Assembly: GCA_002633005.1 (NCBI GenBank)
Contig: NMRA01000419.1
Location: forward strand, 14,294-51,175
DNA from: Phoronis australis
Lineage: Eukaryota > Animalia > Phoronida
Direction of reading: 5' to 3'
DNA length: 36,882 nucleotides
The translations under genes and the position numbers were made by a program. The notes beneath the pieces are model-generated. The model was given only the letters and a program-made list of their open reading frames with translations, was not told the DNA's origin and searched no databases. Below are positions 31,459 through 36,882 of the stretch, piece after piece (position 1 is the stretch's first letter; every line of letters begins with the position of its first letter).

Positions 31459-34228
31459 CATTATGCTACAAACAGTAGACTGTATGGAGGTATAATGACA
31501 TTATGCTACAAACAGTAGACTGTATGGAGGTATAATGACATTATGCTACAAACAGTAGACTGTATGGAGGTATAATGACATTATGCTACAAACAGTAGAC
31601 TGTATGGAGGTATAATGACATTATGCTACAAACAGTAGACTGTATGGAGGTATAATGACATTATGCTACAAACAGTAGACTGTATGGAGGTATAATGACA
31701 TTATGCTACAAACAGTAGACTGTATGGAGGTATAATGACATTATGCTACAAACAGTAGACTGTATGGAGGTATAATGACATTATGCTACAAACAGTAGAC
31801 TGTATGGAGGTATAATGACATTATGCTACAAACAGTAGACTGTATGGAGGTATAATGACATTATGCTACAAACAGTAGACTGTATGGAGGTATAATGACA
31901 TTATGCTACAAACAGTAGACTGTATGGAGGTATAATGACATTATGCTACAAACAGTAGACTGTATGGAGGTATAATGACATTATGCTACAAACAGTAGAC
32001 TGTATGGAGGTATAATGACATTATGCTACAAACAGTAGACTGTATGGAGGTATAATGACATTATGCTACAAACAGTAGACTGTATGGAGGTATAATGACA
32101 TTATGCTACAAACAGTAGACTGTATGGAGGTATAATGACATTATGCTACAAACAGTAGACTGTATGGAGGTATAATGACATTATGCTACAAACAGTAGAC
32201 TGTATGGAGGTATAATGACATTATGCTACAAACAGTAGACTGTATGGAGGTATAATGACATTATGCTACAAACAGTAGACTGTATGGAGGTATAATGACA
32301 TTATGCTACAAACAGTAGACTGTATGGAGGTATAATGACATTATGCTACAAACAGTAGACTGTATGGAGGTATAATGACATTATGCTACAAACAGTAGAC
32401 TGTATGGAGGTATAATGACATTATGCTACAAACAGTAGACTGTATGGAGGTATAATGACATTATGCTACAAACAGTAGACTGTATGGAGGTATAATGACA
32501 TTATGCTACAAACAGTAGACTGTATGGAGGTATAATGACATTATGCTACAAACAGTAGACTGTATGGAGGTATAATGACATTATGCTACAAACAGTAGAC
32601 TGTATGGAGGTATAATGACATTATGCTACAAACAGTAGACTGTATGGAGGTATAATGACATTATGCTACAAACAGTAGACTGTATGGAGGTATAATGACA
32701 TTATGCTACAAACAGTAGACTGTATGGAGGTATAATGACATTATGCTACAAACAGTAGACTGTATGGAGGTATAATGACATTATGCTACAAACAGTAGAC
32801 TGTATGGAGGTATAATGACATTATGCTACAAACAGTAGACTGTATGGAGGTATAATGACATTATGCTACAAACAGTAGACTGTATGGAGGTATAATGACA
32901 TTATGCTACAAACAGTAGACTGTATGGAGGTATAATGACATTATGCTACAAACAGTAGACTGTATGGAGGTATAATGACATTATGCTACAAACAGTAGAC
33001 TGTATGGAGGTATAATGACATTATGCTACAAACAGTAGACTGTATGGAGGTATAATGACATTATGCTACAAACAGTAGACTGTATGGAGGTATAATGACA
33101 TTATGCTACAAACAGTAGACTGTATGGAGGTATAATGACATTATGCTACAAACAGTAGACTGTATGGAGGTATAATGACATTATGCTACAAACAGTAGAC
33201 TGTATGGAGGTATAATGACATTATGCTACAAACAGTAGACTGTATGGAGGTATAATGACATTATGCTACAAACAGTAGACTGTATGGAGGTATAATGACA
33301 TTATGCTACAAACAGTAGACTGTATGGAGGTATAATGACATTATGCTACAAACAGTAGACTGTATGGAGGTATAATGACATTATGCTACAAACAGTAGAC
33401 TGTATGGAGGTATAATGACATTATGCTACAAACAGTAGACTGTATGGAGGTATAATGACATTATGCTACAAACAGTAGACTGTATGGAGGTATAATGACA
33501 TTATGCTACAAACAGTAGACTGTATGGAGGTATAATGACATTATGCTACAAACAGTAGACTGTATGGAGGTATAATGACATTATGCTACAAACAGTAGAC
33601 TGTATGGAGGTATAATGACATTATGCTACAAACAGTAGACTGTATGGAGGTATAATGACATTATGCTACAAACAGTAGACTGTATGGAGGTATAATGACA
33701 TTATGCTACAAACAGTAGACTGTATGGAGGTATAATGACATTATGCTACAAACAGTAGACTGTATGGAGGTATAATGACATTATGCTACAAACAGTAGAC
33801 TGTATGGAGGTATAATGACATTATGCTACAAACAGTAGACTGTATGGAGGTATAATGACATTATGCTACAAACAGTAGACTGTATGGAGGTATAATGACA
33901 TTATGCTACAAACAGTAGACTGTATGGAGGTATAATGACATTATGCTACAAACAGTAGACTGTATGGAGGTATAATGACATTATGCTACAAACAGTAGAC
34001 TGTATGGAGGTATAATGACATTATGCTACAAACAGTAGACTGTATGGAGGTATAATGACATTATGCTACAAACAGTAGACTGTATGGAGGTATAATGACA
34101 TTATGCTACAAACAGTAGACTGTATGGAGGTATAATGACATTATGCTACAAACAGTAGACTGTATGGAGGTATAATGACATTATGCTACAAACAGTAGAC
34201 TGTATGGAGGTATAATGACATTATGCTA
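31459..34228. repeat. 40-bp perfect tandem satellite, about 69 copies
   Basis: Unit cattatgctacaaacagtagactgtatggaggtataatga. I saw no variant copies and no spacers. It ends at a single N (34229). Confidence 0.98.
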
Positions 34229-34229
34229 N

Positions 34230-34468
34230 CTATGTAATACATTGTCATGGAGATGGTTGAATGCATGGATGTAGCTATGTAATACATTGTCATGGAGATG
34301 GTTGAATGCATGGATGTAGCTATGTAATACATTGTCATGGAGATGGTTGAATGCATGGATGTAGCTATGTAATACATTGTCATGGAGATGGTTGAATGCA
34401 TGGATGTAGCTATGTAATACATTGTCATGTAGATAGTTGAATGCATGGATCTAGCTACGTAATATATT
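34230..34468. repeat. 45-bp tandem repeat, about 5 copies
   Basis: Unit ctatgtaatacattgtcatggagatggttgaatgcatggatgtag, degenerating to the right. Confidence 0.95.
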
Positions 34469-35617
34469 GGGATGTATCTGCATCATCACACTTTTACAAA
34501 AGTTGATCATACGAATTGATTTGATGAGGAAGTATTGCTAAACATGTGTTGTCACTGTGGTTGGTTTCTTCTTGCTTGTAACCTTTTTTACACCCGCCAT
34601 GAGTGCATGTTGCTGTCATCTCTGTCTGGGCGTGTGGCGTCCGCTGCTTTCTCTCCTCAACACCTTGGTGGAACGTAATGAGATCTGAAAACTGGGTCTC
34701 ATACTTTAAATAACATGCTATTGGGGAGTGCTAACTATGGATTTCCAGTCTGTTACAATGGATTGTCAATTTGTAGTAGCAGATTGGCAATCCATAACAA
34801 TAGATTAAAATTTTATTTTCTTCTGGGGCTAATGGGCCTTCATACTTATGGGCCTTCGTAGGAAAGCCACAAATTAGATTATCAGTTGTACACAGTTAGA
34901 TGAGATATAGATGTAGATAAACCAAAGTGCTTAAAGACAGATTCAAGTAATATCCAGCAAATGGAGCCCGAATTGGTAAAATTCAATGGGAAGTTGGCTC
35001 CTGCTATCATAACCTACATGTAGCAGTAAGTCAATTATGCCATTACAATTTTCTACGTACAAAATTTTTTTACTCTATATAATGGACTGAAAAAAATCTA
35101 AATACAGTATAAGGGAAAATTCTGTACCCATTATACAAAACACCTGCATTTAAAATTAGTTTGTATAACAATAGTGTACTTCATGAAAATGTCAACTCCT
35201 TGCACCACCGCCAGTACTTAGAGCTGTGATAGGTCAAAGCGATTCCTTTAAATCCCAGCTGTAGACCATCAAACATGAATTCGTGGAAAAGCTCCAAAAC
35301 TTGTAACCTTTAATCAGACACACGCACAACGTAGCACGCATTCACTCCAAATATTACATACATGAATAACAATTAAACTCTAATCCCAGTGGCGGATCTA
35401 GGATATCACAAGGGGGGGGCAACATTTTGTCCAGCTCTAAGCATTTGTGCAAACCACAATTGTAGATGCGCATAGCACCGAATGGGGGAGGTCGGGAGGG
35501 GGCAGACCCCCTCCCGCCCTGGAAATTTTTCTGTTTTTTCCTCTAAAAATCAAGCTTGTTCCTTGATTTCTGAAGTATTATCCAAGAAAAAAGGCGAGAA
35601 AACAGGAAGAACTGCAA

Positions 35618-35683
35618 GATCCACAGACTCGAACTCACGACCTTGCAGATAGAGCGCGTACATACCACTACATCACCACGCTT
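35618..35683 (-). repeat. tRNA-derived SINE-like head
   Basis: The minus strand has GTGGTGATGTAGTGGTA (A-box-like) and GAGTTCGAGTC (B-box-like). No proper cloverleaf. Confidence 0.45.
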
Positions 35684-36882
35684 TAACTACATGTACTAAC
35701 CTTATACTAAGAGACCTACTTGTTTATGGTCCACAGCGTTTGCGCGCGAAACCTACTTCTTTTTGTAATGCTTATTACACGTTTTATATTTTATCCAATC
35801 GGTTCTTAACAAATTTGTTTTATTTAAAATAGTCTTCAAATGCCCAAAAGACCAAATCCGTTTTTCGTGTTGGCAATAATGACGGGATTGCTTTGGAAAT
35901 TGTCTTAAGTTAAGGTTTGACAAAGAGAGGATTGTGAGTTTCTGAGTGATTCACTAATCGTAAGCAAATCAAAGCTGTCCTTACTCGCCGGTTGCCTTAT
36001 CTCGCACTACCCGTCAATCGACTAGTTTTCAGTTCGCAATGCAACAATACAATTCTCATAAATTCAACTTGTAATGACCCCTTTCAATTTTAAACCATGC
36101 CCGAAGTACTCGGAAACAAATTATTGTTAGGTACAAAGAGGTATTTTTTCTCCGAAGTGGATCGTAAACACCTCAGGTGACTAGACTTTTCCGCACATAT
36201 AGCTACTTTGGTTTAGATCTGATTAGCTCCCATACTATGGGCCGGGCCGGTCAAGGGCCAATCCCTGTTGTACGCACTACTTAGAGCATTTGAATCAAAC
36301 TGTTATATATAGACGAGAAAACATTTATTGGTATACTGGTGTGAATATTATCAGTGATTTAACCCGAACTTCGAATTAACTAGACCCACTAATGATAGTC
36401 TATGATGATAAACTGATATCAAAAGGCCAAAATTGTCAATTTTCGGCCTCCCCATGTTAAATACAAAATTTTGTCTAATTTTCTTCAAACTCCTACATTT
36501 CAATCTTCATTATACTGACATCTGTTGGGTCTATCGGGAACTAACCGCACATGAAAGGCTTGGTCGAAAATTATCGTTTTCTCACATGCGCTTTCGGGTT
36601 TTTAGCGGCGATTCCACTGATCGAAGCGACAAAATAAGCCAAAACTTTGGCCATACCATGTTAAACATAATTTTTTTCCAATTTTGCTGAAACTTAGCCA
36701 CGTTTTTAACAAAATACTTATCTATGTTATGTGCTGTCGGCAAATGTGATTGATTCATAAATAAGACCCTCACGCTGTGTTTTCTGCGAATCCCATGTAT
36801 CCTGAAGGGGGCTAACTGAGTGATTTTCGCGCATGCGCAGTTCACGGTTTCAATATTGCATAGTTCCGTTACGAATGGGCCG

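Noticed and set aside
31459-34228. CRISPR array
   Set aside because: Head-to-tail identical units with no unique spacers, no cas genes, and a eukaryotic context.
31459-34228. GGAGGT, TATAAT and ATG in each unit, resembling a bacterial RBS and -10 box
   Set aside because: The motifs overlap in a non-functional order and the ORF stops after 6 codons. Coincidence in eukaryotic satellite DNA.
34186-34446. Repetitive MHSTISMTMYYIATS ORF
   Set aside because: Translation of the 45-bp array; the unit length is divisible by 3.

Overview
Eukaryotic (animal, probably marine invertebrate) genomic DNA that is rich in introns and transposons, with one 341-N gap and one single-N join. It holds two spliced + strand genes. 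The first is the last five coding exons of a GT7 / beta-1,4-galactosyltransferase-family enzyme (about 1171-7425; 5' exons not seen). The second is a complete 10-exon nucleoporin NUP54 gene (15648-30992, about 563 aa). Introns and intergenic DNA carry a Penelope-like retroelement 3' end with a minimal hammerhead ribozyme, a decayed LINE, three copies of a TTAA-flanked Kolobok-like non-autonomous element, a nested IS3EU-like foldback element, several MITEs and tiny hairpin elements, tRNA-derived pieces, many 29-54 bp minisatellites and a perfect 40-bp satellite of about 69 copies. Four observations stand out: (1) the GT7 enzyme has natural substitutions at donor-specificity positions (R228K/Y289F, bovine numbering), suggesting it may use UDP-Glc; (2) the IS3EU-like element has an abutted right-end/left-end junction inside its target-site duplication; (3) a 4x46-bp duplication of a NUP54 3' splice site creates PTC-generating decoy acceptors; (4) a possible decayed RAG1/Chapaev-like N-terminal+RING fossil lies in NUP54 intron 1. 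All family assignments come from reading motifs by eye; no searches were run. No CRISPR or other prokaryotic system is supported.
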